Shown: one piece after another, positions 1-12,700 of the stretch
Position numbering within the stretch: the first letter of the stretch is position 1
How the letters are laid out: the number at the start of each line of letters is the position of its first letter
Assembly: GCA_051362555.1 (NCBI GenBank)
Contig: CM120645.1
Coordinates: forward strand, 19,716,001-19,780,000
DNA from: Lingula anatina
Taxonomy: Eukaryota; Animalia; Brachiopoda
DNA length: 64,000 nucleotides
Reading direction: 5' to 3'
Made by a program: the position numbers and the translations under genes
Notes under the pieces: generated by a model
Seen by the model: only the letters and a program-made list of their open reading frames with translations
What the model was told of the DNA's origin: nothing
Databases searched by the model: none

Positions 1-939
1 CACTGAGTCAGACATAATCAATTACTGGTACATGTGAAAAAGAGCTAAACATTTAACAACGTTAAAATCAACAATTGGGACAAACAAGTAGACCGTTCAG
101 ATATGGGGTCTTAATAAATATATATAAAGAAATACTCGTTTCAAAATAAATATTAAAATGAGGTTAAATTAAGCACTATCATTATTAGAGAACTTGTGAT
201 ATTCAGGGTGAACTCCGTAAGTCGCACTGACGGAGATGCAGTCGGTGAACTGCTGAAAACCTAACGAGATTGTTAAAAGATTCAATTGTATCCGAGTTGA
301 AATAAAATTCATTATTTTGTATTATTTGTATAGTATTGCACTGTACTGTAATAGCGTGCGCTATGTAATTCAATTTCTCTTACCCTACACACGTTGCACG
401 TCGCACGCATTTAACCCCCTCCCCCCCTTTTTTCTTTTTTTGTTCCGCTCAGGAAAAAAAATCAGAAAACGTCAAAAACATGCGTTGGGTCAAAGAGCTC
501 AGACTATTAGTTCGTTTCTGCTTTGATTTTGTTTACTTACCACTTGAAGTTGAAGCCGATTCTGCTCTCACTCTCAGTCTCTTCTACTTGGCGTTTTGAA
601 ATTTTTAAAAACTTTTCCATGCAGCTTGATGATCCACGTGCATCACGTTTTCTCCCGGAAGCGTCAACTGCGCAAAATCGCAAGACGCAAGTGAAACGAA
701 ACAGACAGCATTTCCTATACTTCGTCAAAATCCGGCGCGCAAACGAAGGCTAGATGCTTTCAAAAACGACAGCGAGACTGTGAATACGTCATTACGGAAT
801 TCCCCACTTTCAAGCAATCACGATTATGAGAGTGAAAACGAGGTTAGCAGTAAGGGTAATCCCATGAACTTCCCTGTAATTTTTGGCATACGAGTCGGAC
901 TTAAATTGAGTCTAAATTTTGCCGATAAACTTGATACAG

Positions 940-1045
940 TAAGTTGACATAAATCGCCAAAATGGCGACTTGCACCATCATTTTCACTCGCCAGATTTAA
1001 TTTTAACTCGCATTGGCGAGCTGGCGAGTGCGAGTGTCAAACGCT
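940..1045 (-). mobile_element. Probable terminus of a hAT-like DNA transposon in an RPS19 intron
   Basis: Minus strand begins CAGCGTTTGACAC and has several subterminal tggcga/tcgcca repeats in CpG-rich sequence. The partner end was not found in the window. Confidence 0.35.
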
Positions 1046-1089
1046 GTATATTATTTATTCTAACCAATTCCTCAAATTCATTCACTTAC

Positions 1090-1160
1090 TTCTTCAGGAA
1101 GGCGCCCAAGGCTTTTGTAAATTTATGCTGATCCACGTCCTTGACGCTTACACCTGGCAT
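1090..1160 (-). CDS. RPS19: 40S ribosomal protein S19, first coding exon (gene continues leftward, probably past the window start)
   Basis: ttccag|ATG...MPGVSVKDVDQHKFTKALGAFLK(K)|gtaagt, close to the animal RPS19 N-terminus [24 protein letters not shown]. 71-nt exon with canonical splice sites. Confidence 0.95.
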
Positions 1161-1639
1161 CTGGAATTATATTATAAATTATAACATTGAAGTAAAGCAC
1201 AGGCAAATAAACGTGAGAGAAATTGCCTTCTCATCAACCCTCCTCCCCACACAGACATTACTGTTATCACTTCTATGAAAGCAGGTTTGTCTAGGTCACA
1301 CAGACTGTGTTCATCAATGGATTCTAAGCCCTATACCCTACACGTTTAATCAATGGTATTTTATTCTGTTATATTCAAGGCGTTACTAGATTTTTTTCTT
1401 GTCGATTATATGGACTGACAACAATTTTGACATCCACTTGTTTCTGTGTAAATTCAATCCTAAAGTACTTCTGCTGTACTTGGCCAAATATCCGTATTTC
1501 AAACAAATATTGGACAAATTGGGGTTTACATTATATACATATATACAGATGTCTACAATAAATATATGTTTGCGTAAATCTGTCCATTCAGTGAGTATAT
1601 ATAAGGCAAAAAAATCTCAGAATTTTCGTTTTGTTGTAC

Positions 1640-1666
1640 CTTGCTAATGTGCACAGGAAAAAAGAG
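1640..1666 (-). promoter_or_regulatory. RPS19: RPS19 non-coding exon 1 with TCT initiator / 5'-TOP tract
   Basis: Minus strand reads ctcttttttcctgtgcacattagcaag|gtacaa: a polypyrimidine start followed by a donor, typical of ribosomal protein genes. ETS-like cacttcctgt at 1683-1692. Confidence 0.8.
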
Positions 1667-1720
1667 GTCAAGTAAGGGGCTTCACTTCCTGTCCACGGTG
1701 TACCGTGAAACTAGGCCATG

Positions 1721-1736
1721 CTAGTAGATGGCGCTG
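1721..1736 (+). promoter_or_regulatory. CTCF-like motif in the RPS19/MEIG1 divergent promoter
   Basis: ctagtagatggcgctg closely matches the CTCF core CCASYAGRKGGCRS. Motif match only. Confidence 0.5.
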
Positions 1737-2450
1737 CAAGACAAACCGATTTGAAAACTTGAGGGGAACTATTTCAAATAGTTTTATTGGCTTTTAAAGA
1801 AAATTACAGTCATAATACGGTTAATTGGTTATATTTTGCTTGTTTATTCGACAACAGAACCATGCAAAGCCCTGCACTGACTCATGGTCTATTGGCGAAT
1901 CGGGTTTGTACCTGTCATTTGCTCCGTGTCTATTGTTTACTCATCGCCAAGGCTGCAAAGCAACAACAATAAAAAGGAACAATTTTAAAACTCGCGTCAA
2001 ATATCATTGATTTTGAGAATCACACAGACGTGCTTCATTTACCAAAGGAAAAGGTAAGTTTCAAAACTAAACCTGAATATTAGTGGTCCAAATAGACGGG
2101 ATAAATGCAGTTACAATGTTTTTGTTCATTTTTTTAATTCAGGGCACATATTTAAAAGCCCACTTCACTTGACACTTAATTTTAATGCCGTTGCATTTGC
2201 AACATCATTTTTATAAAACTTAAAAATTGTGTGTATTGCACATTAGTAAGCGTAAGTTGCTTATAATCAATATAAGTTCAATTATGCCATGCATTTTGAC
2301 AGTAACATTTTTTCAGAAAATAAAATCAATAAAGAATGAGTTTATTTTCCAAATGAAAATAAACTCGGGGGAGGAGGGGGGTGTTTCAAATATTAAAAAA
2401 AAAAAAAAACAATAATATACCCTTTTCATTTTAGCAGCTAAAATATCAAC

Positions 2451-3663
2451 ATGAGTTCTGCAGAGATTCTGAAGCCCAAATCCATGGTCCGCCCTAAACA
2501 TTGGTCTGAGGAGGTGGAGAATGCCTACAGATTCCAGCTGGCTGGATACAGAGATGTAACAGAATATAAGGCTATACATAATGTAGAAGATGTAAGTATA
2601 AACATATGATATATCTATAGCTGTGTTTTGAAAGATTGTGAAAAATTTTGGTGGCAGAACCAGAAGCTGGTTATAAATCATGTACGTAATACGGGGATTG
2701 TATATATATTAAAAGTATGTTTTTGTTCCTGTGGCTTATTCCAAGACATAAACAATTGTGCACTAATATAAGCTATGATCAAAGGATTTTATGCATACAT
2801 CAAACAGAATATAGTTTTGACAAAACACAGGGTATCAATAAAATCATTTTCACAATTGATTCCATAAACTTTGGTATTTTGATCTGTATTGAGCCATGTA
2901 ATCTCAAACAGCTGAACTCATCGCTAGCATAGATTTTAACTGGGATATGATTGATTAGTCTGTCACGAAAGTACCATTTGCTTAAAAACAACATTTAGCT
3001 TTAATGACTAAAGCACTGGCATACATCTGCTAAATGAGAGTGGAAATGTCAAACATACTTTTCTTGAATTATTGATTTTTGAAAATTTAAAGAAATTTAT
3101 CTATTACAAGAGATTACAAAAATGATTTTTAAAAAGTATGTGATTATTATAAAACATGAAATGAAAGAAGAACCTAGGTTCTGGATAATGCATCTGGAGG
3201 AACAGGTGAAAAAATCAATATCAATGTATTGACCACATATTAATCATTCCAACATCACACACTAAAACATCAAAACATTTCTTGCTGGTGCATTATATGT
3301 TATAAGTTGTGACATTAATACAGATATTAGAATGGTAGCTCGATTGTTGATTAGCAAATCATTTCAATTGATCATTACTACTCTTTCCCTTTTATAACTG
3401 AGATTTCAATGGAATGTCTTATTTAAGAATTAGTTATTAAGATATTAATTATTATTACACTTAAAGTCTATTGTGTTGAATGTGCCACATTATATAAAAT
3501 TTATTATTTTTGTTATTATTGTTCTTTTCAGTGTGAAAGGTGGCCAGACAGTGGTTTTGTGAAGAAGCTAAAAAGGAAAGAGGATGGCTACTTTTACTAC
3601 TATAACAGAACCAGAGAATGCCAAGACAAAGACATTAACAAGACAAAGATGTACTCTTATTGA
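2451..3663 (+). CDS. MEIG1: Meiosis-expressed gene 1 protein, 90 aa, 2 coding exons (2451-2591, 3532-3663)
   Basis: Spliced product [47 protein letters not shown]|[43 protein letters not shown] matches MEIG1 motifs (WSEE.EN.YRFQ.AGYRD, RWP..G.VKKL, FYYYN..REC). Likely non-coding exon ends at 2053 (aag|gtaagt). Confidence 0.96.
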
Positions 3664-6398
3664 ACGCAGCATCTTTCATGCCATTAAACCAGGAAGACAT
3701 TTTTTGAAAAGTCCAGGATGCAAATTTATTCAAATTAAAGACTAAATGATTTTCTAAAAGGAAAAAAAAATCTCATCATTGGATGTTACATAGTTGTCCT
3801 TCTCATAGCTATTTTTGAAGCAGGACTGAAGGCATCACCTCCAAGATGAATATTGAGAGATTATAACAGCACAAACAAATCAAGTAGTCCAAAACAAAAC
3901 AAAACATGATATTTCTGGATTTATTTATTTCACTGTTAATGTGTCATTGATTGTGTAAGCGTGGAGTGGTTAAAGTGTGTGAGTGGGTGTCTGAGCATAG
4001 TATGGCTAGGTCATGTGGTACAGAAAAACATTTAGTACATGACTCACAAACTGGAAGCGTGAGTTATTCTACTGGGAAGGGTGGTGGGGGTAGGCAATTA
4101 CTTTTCAGTTAAAGGAGTTTGGACAACATGTTGTCCTTGCCTATTTTGCAGAAAAAAATTTCACGGTTCACTTGTGGGTGCTGACATCTTTTATCATAAA
4201 CATAAACTATTTTCATTTCATCACATTTATGCTCAAGTTTTTATTATGTGAGACTGAACATAAGTGTAATTTCATCATTATTTCCAAACTCATTGTAAGT
4301 CACAATCAGTTCCTACACTTTTGAAAGTAAAATTTTAAAAGTGTTTTATTTGTATACATGCAGAATAGAATACTTCAAGGTCTTCAGCAATGTTTATTGA
4401 AGAGAAGTTTCTATACTGTAATGTGCAATCACACATATTGGGAATGTACATCCCAAATTATTTCATAATATACTTGTAGATTATATTTCCCCCCTTTTTT
4501 TTGTTCTGATTTTACTCACAGAAATAATAAAAAATATGCACAAAACACAATATGTTTGTCTTTATTAAAAAAAAAAAAGTTAAATTTTAGCTCCAGAATT
4601 GTGCAGCTGGATGCACCTCGGGGCCAATGGCAAGAAGGGTCCTTGGTGGCGACATTGGGTGTACAGGGTACACAAAATTTTTGTGACAGTCCCCTTTCTT
4701 CACCAACTTATCAACCTAGATGACACATAACTACTACCAATGCCTATGAATTTTTTGTGTACATTTTTTAAAAACTTATGAGAAACTCTCTGTATTATCA
4801 ACATACACAGAGATATACAGTACACGCACACACTGCATATTATAAAGAACTAATTTAAATGGGATTGCATGGTCGTTTTTGTTCACTGTTATATATGAAG
4901 GCTGTCACATGGTTTACTGATTCTTACTAGAGCCAGGGCTTCCAGATTCTGAATGTAACTAATACAATTAAATTCAGTTTATATGAGGCCATTCTATGCA
5001 AGGTCTATACTGTAATAATGGTTTGAAATCCGGCATGTGCATTTTAGAATATAGTCAGTAAAATGTACACAGTGTACACATTCATCAATGTACCTAATTA
5101 CTGTTTCAACGTGTATTTATTCCAGTTTCTCCTTCTGTACATGAACACTAGTGCACATAGTGTAGTCTTTATGAAAGCACAGCAGTATAAATTAGAAAGA
5201 AAAAAATTAGCACCAAATTTAAAATTAAAATAAAAAAATATATATCTACTATAAATCAACAAATTTTACTTAATACAAATGTACTACAGACTTAATTTAT
5301 AATACATATTTCATAACAGTTATGTGTTTGGCACTGATTACATGTATCTCAATATACAGGTACCTGTAAAAAACAGGTACTTTTCAGACTGATTTTAGGC
5401 ATTATTATGGAACATTATTAAAAACATCATGTGGTATTCAATACAATATTGATAGCCTAAATAAGCAATGCCACATTAAAGCTTTTGTAGTCTATTGCAA
5501 AATAATCTGAAACAGCCTCTCTCTAGTTGATAATTACATCGGATTTTCAGTCACAAAAGGGAAACATTCCATAATATTAATAAGAACAATTAGAGAAAGA
5601 AGGGTAACAAGATTCACAATCACTATATCGTATTCCACAATCCCTTGTTTATTAGTCTGGATAGAAAATCAACCTACAAAAGCATAGGACCACAATGTAG
5701 AAACCAACTAAGACTTTTTTGGCACCTGGAAGACAATTCACAGACAAAAAAATGTTATTTTTAAATTTCTAGAATATGGCCCTTAATGTTAAAGCATTTG
5801 CAATTTAATGTTGTATATACATGTATATATATATTGACAGCCTTAATGCCTTTGCAACAAATCAACCACTGTCCAACAACAATAAAGCTCATTTAATTGA
5901 CTGAAAACAGAGTAAACTGGAAGACCATGATCATCTATGCCTGCACCAGGCCTGAAACTTGAAAAAGAATATACATGGTAGAGCAAAAGACACAATGGAA
6001 GACTGCTGGCCTGGTTAAAAATCTGTCAGCTGGTATTCAAGGTTATATTCTCCCATTTTTAGGATGGCAGAGGAGTTGAAGCAATATCTTTCTGTTTCAA
6101 ATCCCACAAAGGGACCGTTCCAATAACCCTGTCATACTAGCTGCATCGCTCTAACTCAGAATTCTTGCTAAATTAAGTTCAGTTTAAGTGGCTTAAACAT
6201 CTGGCACAACAACTCGTAACTTATAGTACTTGGATAAAATCGGGAAAACTTTGTGGTCCATAACGTAGTTCATGTTGCTTTGCAAGGGGGCATGCCAAAC
6301 AGTTAATTAAGCTGGTTACATGACTGTGCACTAGCAAAAATCCCTGCTGAGATAGATCAATCCAGCTAGTACAATAAGGTGATGGGAACGCAGTCAAA

Positions 6399-6613
6399 GG
6401 CTGTATTCCCAGAGCTTTTAGATCGATCTATCCCCACGGGGAGTCTCACTAGATTACTGTCAGATAATCCGGCTTAAATGTCCATCCCGCCTACTACAAG
6501 CTGTAAGGGGGTAATTATCTTTCGTGTCCGCTCGGCTGACAGCTATTTAGCGTGAACCCCCAGGGAGTTAGGTCAATCTAAAGTAGATCGATCTAATTTC
6601 TGGAAATGGGGTC
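6399..6613 (+). mobile_element. 215-bp MITE, family A (probably Tourist/PIF-Harbinger-like)
   Basis: Closely similar 215-bp copies at 49663-49877 and 62053-62267 (inverted), half copy at 8758-~8890. Imperfect terminal inverted repeats containing TTAGATCGATCTA. Confidence 0.85.
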
Positions 6614-6704
6614 AAAGTGTCCCTTTTGGTCTTGGTAAGACAATATCAGAAAACATTTATTGCCCGCCATCAAGTATATATTCTTTCATATATTATATCA
6701 GTGA

Positions 6705-9700
6705 TCAAGTTTGCTGTGGTTGTGTAACAGGTTTAAACTTCCCATAATACCATGCTGCCAGGGTGTCTGGATGAATGCCGAGTCTGTAACCAACTACAAA
6801 GAGGTAGTTGCTGCCTGTTGTCTGAAATGAACACAAAACACCATGTGAAAAATAAATATGTAAGTTTCTTATACTCCTCTCACTCTCACTCTTTTTTTTT
6901 ACTGATCTTGAAATTTAGCTGCAATACTCATTATAGTTATATAATTTAAGTTTAAAAAAAATTAATTTTGTCTACTAACCCTGTTTACAGAGAGTCACCA
7001 CTTATTAACCAACATACCAATTTTGTCTGGCCTAATTATCTATCTCACTTAACACTTAGAATGAAAACACCCAGAGTAAATTGAAAAGGATTCAAATGAA
7101 AGAGGTAAAGAATTCCAAATATCTTTAGGCTATGATATCATTTTAAACATGTGCAATATTTCTTTCTAATTTTTTTCTGCATGGGCTATATCCATTCTCT
7201 CTCTATTTGTTCCACACGTACCTTAATCACGCCATTTTCCTCCCATCTTCTGGCTGAGGTACGAGCTGGCTCACTGTCAGTTATAGCTACATGGCCAATC
7301 TGTTTTAACTTCTCCACCTGAAATAAGACATCTCTTTTATCCAATTTAGTGATAAATGTACCCCATTAACACAATGATAATTATTATTATTGTTATTTGG
7401 ACATGAAGAGAATTCGAAGTGCAATTCAAAACACATGATAATTACTAGAAATCCATTTTCTTAACAATTAACTGTCATTATATATATTACCATTTGGTTG
7501 TATAAGGTAGATTTGTGTGAGGTTTATTAATGTGAATAAGAGTCCTGTCCATGACTTGCCCCATAATCGGGATATACTTATGGAGATGACATGTAACAGT
7601 CTCCTGCAGACTATGAAAACCAGGGTGAGCACATTCACTTGAAAATACATAATCATTAATCATTGATCTTTTTTCCTTTTTCAGCAAACTTTCACAACAA
7701 CTACTAAAATGCAGGTGCAATTAGCCGCCAAAGCTTTTTATCTTCCATTCTTATCAGCCTTTTCAATCAACAAAAAAGATCTACAGAACACTAATTTACA
7801 AACAGTGTGAATGAAAATGTTGGTGAATCTTTTTTGAAAGGAAAAAGGGCTTACATAAGATAGGGGCACAGTGTTAAGTGGGTCTTAATTATTAATTATC
7901 ACTCATCACATGCGAAGCCAAGTCAATCAATGGTCATATTTTTGAACTTGTTAATTCCAGATTAGAGCCTCTTAGAGAGATTCACCTGTCTTATTTTTTA
8001 GATCACACATCACATCTTTTAAAATTCCAGCCATTCTTCTAAAAATAAAAAGAAGTCAAAATAGGACAGTTTAATGTTCCCCAAAGCATAAAAACCTGTA
8101 AAATGGCCTGGCTAAATGGTGCCTGTCAATTTGACCGATTCAAAATTAAATATTTCATTTTCATTGGTCCATCAGCTATAGTACTTCCCTAACATAGAGT
8201 GATTGTATGTTGTCAAATCATGTGACCAAGAAGACAGCAGAGTACTAGTATAAATACTCTTTCCGCCCAATAGGGAACTATCTCCGCTAGCAGAAGTTTT
8301 AAGTCAACTACTACGTACAGTACCAACAGTGTGGACATCAAGATGAGGTTTTGGCTTGTTGCAACATTCCTCTTGTTGTTTGTTGTTCAAGGTTAGTTGT
8401 ACAGTCATTCTAAATTCTTTGTAACGCTGAATTCAATTTTTCTATCAAATGTTTGAAATTTGCATTGCATTTTTAGCCAGTATTCAGCTCTGCCAACACC
8501 TTAAAGAAAGTTCACAATGAAACTTTCATACAACAGGTAAGTAGTTCGTACTTTGTGTCAACTCTAGCTGAATGTAATCAGATTAACAAATAAACATACA
8601 TCTACTTGTTTCCAACATAATCGCTTAATCATCACTTTTCTGTACTCTACTCAATGCCAGGAGGAGGCCTGTTCATCTTTTAATTTGATTGACTTCATGG
8701 CATTAGTTTGAACTACTGAGTACTTAGTGTGATAGTTTCACTGTGAACATAACCTAAGACCCCTTTCCCACAGATTTTAGATCAATCTATCCCTGTGGGC
8801 AGTCTCACTAGACTAATGTCAGCTTACCCGGCTTAAGCGTCTGTCCCGCCTACTAAAAGCTGTAAGGGGTAATTAACTGTTGTGCGCACTCGCGTAATTA
8901 CTGGCAGCGCGAGCCAGTTACTTATAGTAACTTATAGTAACTGGCTCGCGCTGCCAGTAATTACGCCGCGGGATATTCAGGGCACAGACCGTGATCATAA
9001 GACATACCGCGAATAGAAAATAGAATATAGAAAATAGACATTGCATGTGAATGAAGCCTAATACTAGCTCCTCTCTTTTCAGAGTCTATTGAACTTGAAT
9101 GTCAAACTAATGCAGATTGTGTGGCAGGAAATTACTGCTTTGGCTGCCCCAGCCAACATGTGGAGCCCACCTGTGTGATGCCAACCACAGGGAATTGTCA
9201 GTGTAAATACTGCAACCGATAAATCACAGTAAGATGATTCTTTATTCCTTTATTCACTAGTGAAAATACTAACAGTAGAAGACCATAAAAGGTGTGTGTG
9301 TGTGAAAGATGTGTTTGTGAACACACGCATGTGTGTTTTATGTGCATGTGCTGGGGGGGGGGGGGGGGGGGGGGGGGGCACACCACCAAAGCAAGGGTTA
9401 CTAGTATTCCTCTACTCATGGGTTGGTTTTTGTATTGTCTGCTTAATGGCAGAATTGAGGTGACCTTAAAAATGAAGCATGGCAATGTGAGATTATTTAT
9501 AAATCTGTCGATAACAGGGATATGGAGGGTGGGAGATCTCAACTATTAGCAAAGGTAAATATATTGTACTGGGTATATGCGAATAAATTAAGAACCTCAA
9601 ACAATATCAGAAAATTGCAGCACAGCTTTTAAACCAAAATGCAAAAGAATGACAAAATAAAAACAAAAAAGTACCTCTTGGTCTTTTAAACATCATTTCT

Positions 9701-12700
9701 TTTTCATTTAATAAATGTTTTAAAATCTTTATCCTTTTGTTTCAGATTTGGCCAGTTTCACTTTCAAGCATAAAGACTAGGTTAAATTTGCCATGCGATG
9801 TCCACATGACGCTCCTATACTAAATCCATTTTTGTGTGGTGTCTGAGCAGAGGCAGCCATGCAAAATTTGTATGGATTTACAGCCTCCATAGCCTCAAAA
9901 GATATTGTCAAGCTAAAAATTTTGACAAATTTTGAAAATTGTAAGCCTGCACATCATAGCATTATTGCAGGTGGCATGACACATCACTATAATGTTCAAA
10001 CCTGTTGTTGGTCTCTTTTCCTCCCACTTTTGGTTGTTTTAGCAGGCATAACAATATTAAAGAAGTTTAAAACAGTGTAATTCACTTGCACAAATTTGAA
10101 GTTGAGCATTTTCTCATTCTGACCACATGGGTGCTAAAAATTGTAGAGATCTGCACCAACAGCATATTTGGCCTCAAGGAAGCTGCATGGAAGGTGTGCA
10201 GCAACTGCAATTATCACGTATAAATTGTATATGATTTGATCTTATGGCAATCGTGGCATATGTAATTTAGGTTTAACAGATGATTCATATTTCATGACAC
10301 TGCAAATCTGAAATATCTGTAAAAAAAACTTGGAAGCAAGAAATTAAAAAATACCCAAAAATGTAATTAATTTCAATCAGTTTCTCTTCTTTTCCTGACT
10401 CATTGAATGCATATCATATAACTACAAATGCCATGATATTATTCCACCTACCAAGATAAAGTCCTCAAACAAAAGGGTTTCAGGTACCCCACCAATCTTC
10501 TCAAGAATTTGTCTTCTTAAGAAAATTCCCTGGTCTCCATACGGTAGTTCTGCAAGACAGATCATAATATGAAGCAGAACCTCATTTAAAAGGGGTTCTC
10601 ATTATATTGTGATAAAAAAATTAATACTGTTACAGTTTAATCCAAGACAGATGATTTTCTGAATATTTTTCAAGTTTAGATGACTTTTATTTAGTAATTT
10701 AGGATGATATTCTTTTTCCATTGTTTAAAAGATCTGTTTTCCTTTTTTAAGGAAAAAATGCCAAAATTTTTTGGTTTCCTAGGTGCACTGTCTCAGTTTA
10801 ACTTGCATGGCACAAACCAAAACTGGCACAGGCAATACTGCTTAAACTATTCCACAATGAAATTATCCATTTCTGAAAAGAAAGGAAGAAATACCTCACC
10901 CATTTTTATGTTTCTCTGCCTAGCACCCCATTTTACAATATCCATCTGCATACCAAAAAGGAAAGAGGGCTCAAAGCTGGAAATAATTCATTAAAAAAAT
11001 TGGCTTATTTTTGTCACATTTTCTGATAAGTTTACTTATGTTTCAGCATTCATGAAAACTTGTGTACATAAATCAAATTTTTGGCAAGTTTTAGATTTAA
11101 ATTAGACCTGTCTTCAAGAGATTTGTCTTAACAGGGCATCTTTCCATCTTTTAAAGTCCACTTTATGACGCTTTATTACAGGTAACTAAAGAAATTCAAA
11201 CAGCAAGAAATAACAAAAATGTTTTTTTAGCAATACTTGAAGATGTTGATACAAAAGTTTTGAAAAGTTAGTTGGCTTCGTGTCAAAAAATAGTGCTGTG
11301 AGTGTGTGAAAAAAAATTGTCAAGAAAAAGTAAAATATCACAAAAAGTGAGACATTTGAAAAATATGCATTTTTATGTTTGTATGGAATTATTTAAATAT
11401 CAGACTCCTATACATTGCACAATAAGATGTCACATGCTGTAATTTGTACAGTGTCATAAAAATTATCCACAACTGATGTGATTGCTAGGCCAGACACATT
11501 GTTCTTTTCTTGCTCTCAGTAATTATCATATCTCACATTTCCATACCCGTCAGAAAAGTAGACATCAAATGGGAAAGCCCCAGCCACATTACCAGGTGTG
11601 TTCAGACAGGAAAGGATCGAAACATGAAAGTCATCTGGGAGTTTGGTGTCTGCATGGAGGAACAGTACGATGTCGCCTGTCGCAGCCTTGGCTCCTGCAT
11701 TTAGCTGCACCCCTCGACCTGGAATGAGGCACTCTGTGTACATGCTGCAGAAAAATTTAATGAAGTTGTTGTGTAACAATTTGATGATGTTTTGCTTTTT
11801 ATCTGCACATTAGCATAAATAAATAAATAAATAATACAAAGGTAAATCCAGGGAGTAAGTAAAAAAAATAATAAAGACTGCTTTAAAATATAAATAATAT
11901 ATATAATAAAGACTGCTTTAAAACCTGCACTCCATATTAGTCTTAGCGCTGTGTACAATATGAAAATGAAAACAAAATTCTTAAACATACTACCTGAAAT
12001 GATCAATTATGAAATCATTAAACATGCCATATAAATTTTATTTCATAGAGGAACATAACTCACCACCCTTGCATTTCAGTTTGCTTCCTAAAGAGATGTC
12101 TCCTGGTACTATACAGAGCTACTGATTTCCAGTGCAATAAGAAATTTGTTATAAATGATAAATGAACAATGCTTAAAAATATTTCACCAATTACCTTTGT
12201 CACAGTTGATAGCAATTATTGGAACATTTGTCCCATCTTGCAGTTGCTCTATTAATGTCAGTGTGTCATCTTTGCTCCCACCGTCTGCAATTATTATCTC
12301 GCCAAGCATGTTAGTATCCGAGCATTGCTGTAACATGATCCAAAATAGAGGACAGTGTATTATCAATTCAAATCAGCCAACAAGTTTCAATTATTCATGA
12401 AAATAAATCAAAGTCAACCTGCTTTGATGCATACACAAACTGCTGCATGTACAATATTCTTATCCATTTTTATATGCGTCTGCAAATATACCGCTCTTTA
12501 AATTAGCAAGTAATCTTTTTTGATCCCAAGGATATCATTTGCTAGCTCAGCTGAAAAATGTTGCACTAAGTCTCTGTGGGGAGGGGCTGAAACAATGAGG
12601 GGCAGGGGGATGGTACACCACTGTTAGATTTATACATTTCCTGGTACTATTATAGAGTGTGAGTTGTCTAAGTGAGAGCAAATATGTGTCAATAAGGCTT

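Noticed and set aside
317-753. Short ORFs at the window start
   Set aside because: They lie in an RPS19 intron within probable transposon-derived sequence and show no protein motifs.
1170-1330. Possible intronic snoRNA in RPS19 intron 1
   Set aside because: A hairpin and TGATGA-like words are present on the minus strand, but no convincing C/D pair or two-hairpin H/ACA layout could be established by eye.
8481-8536. Alternative stop-free exon 2 for the nested gene (acceptor at 8480)
   Set aside because: It ends in phase 0 and would put the Cys-rich exon out of frame unless an atypical GAG acceptor at 9084 is used. Not preferred, but not excluded without RNA data.
9198-9549. ORFs with poly-Pro/poly-Gly and Cys-Val runs
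   Set aside because: They are translations of a G homopolymer and (TG)n simple repeats.
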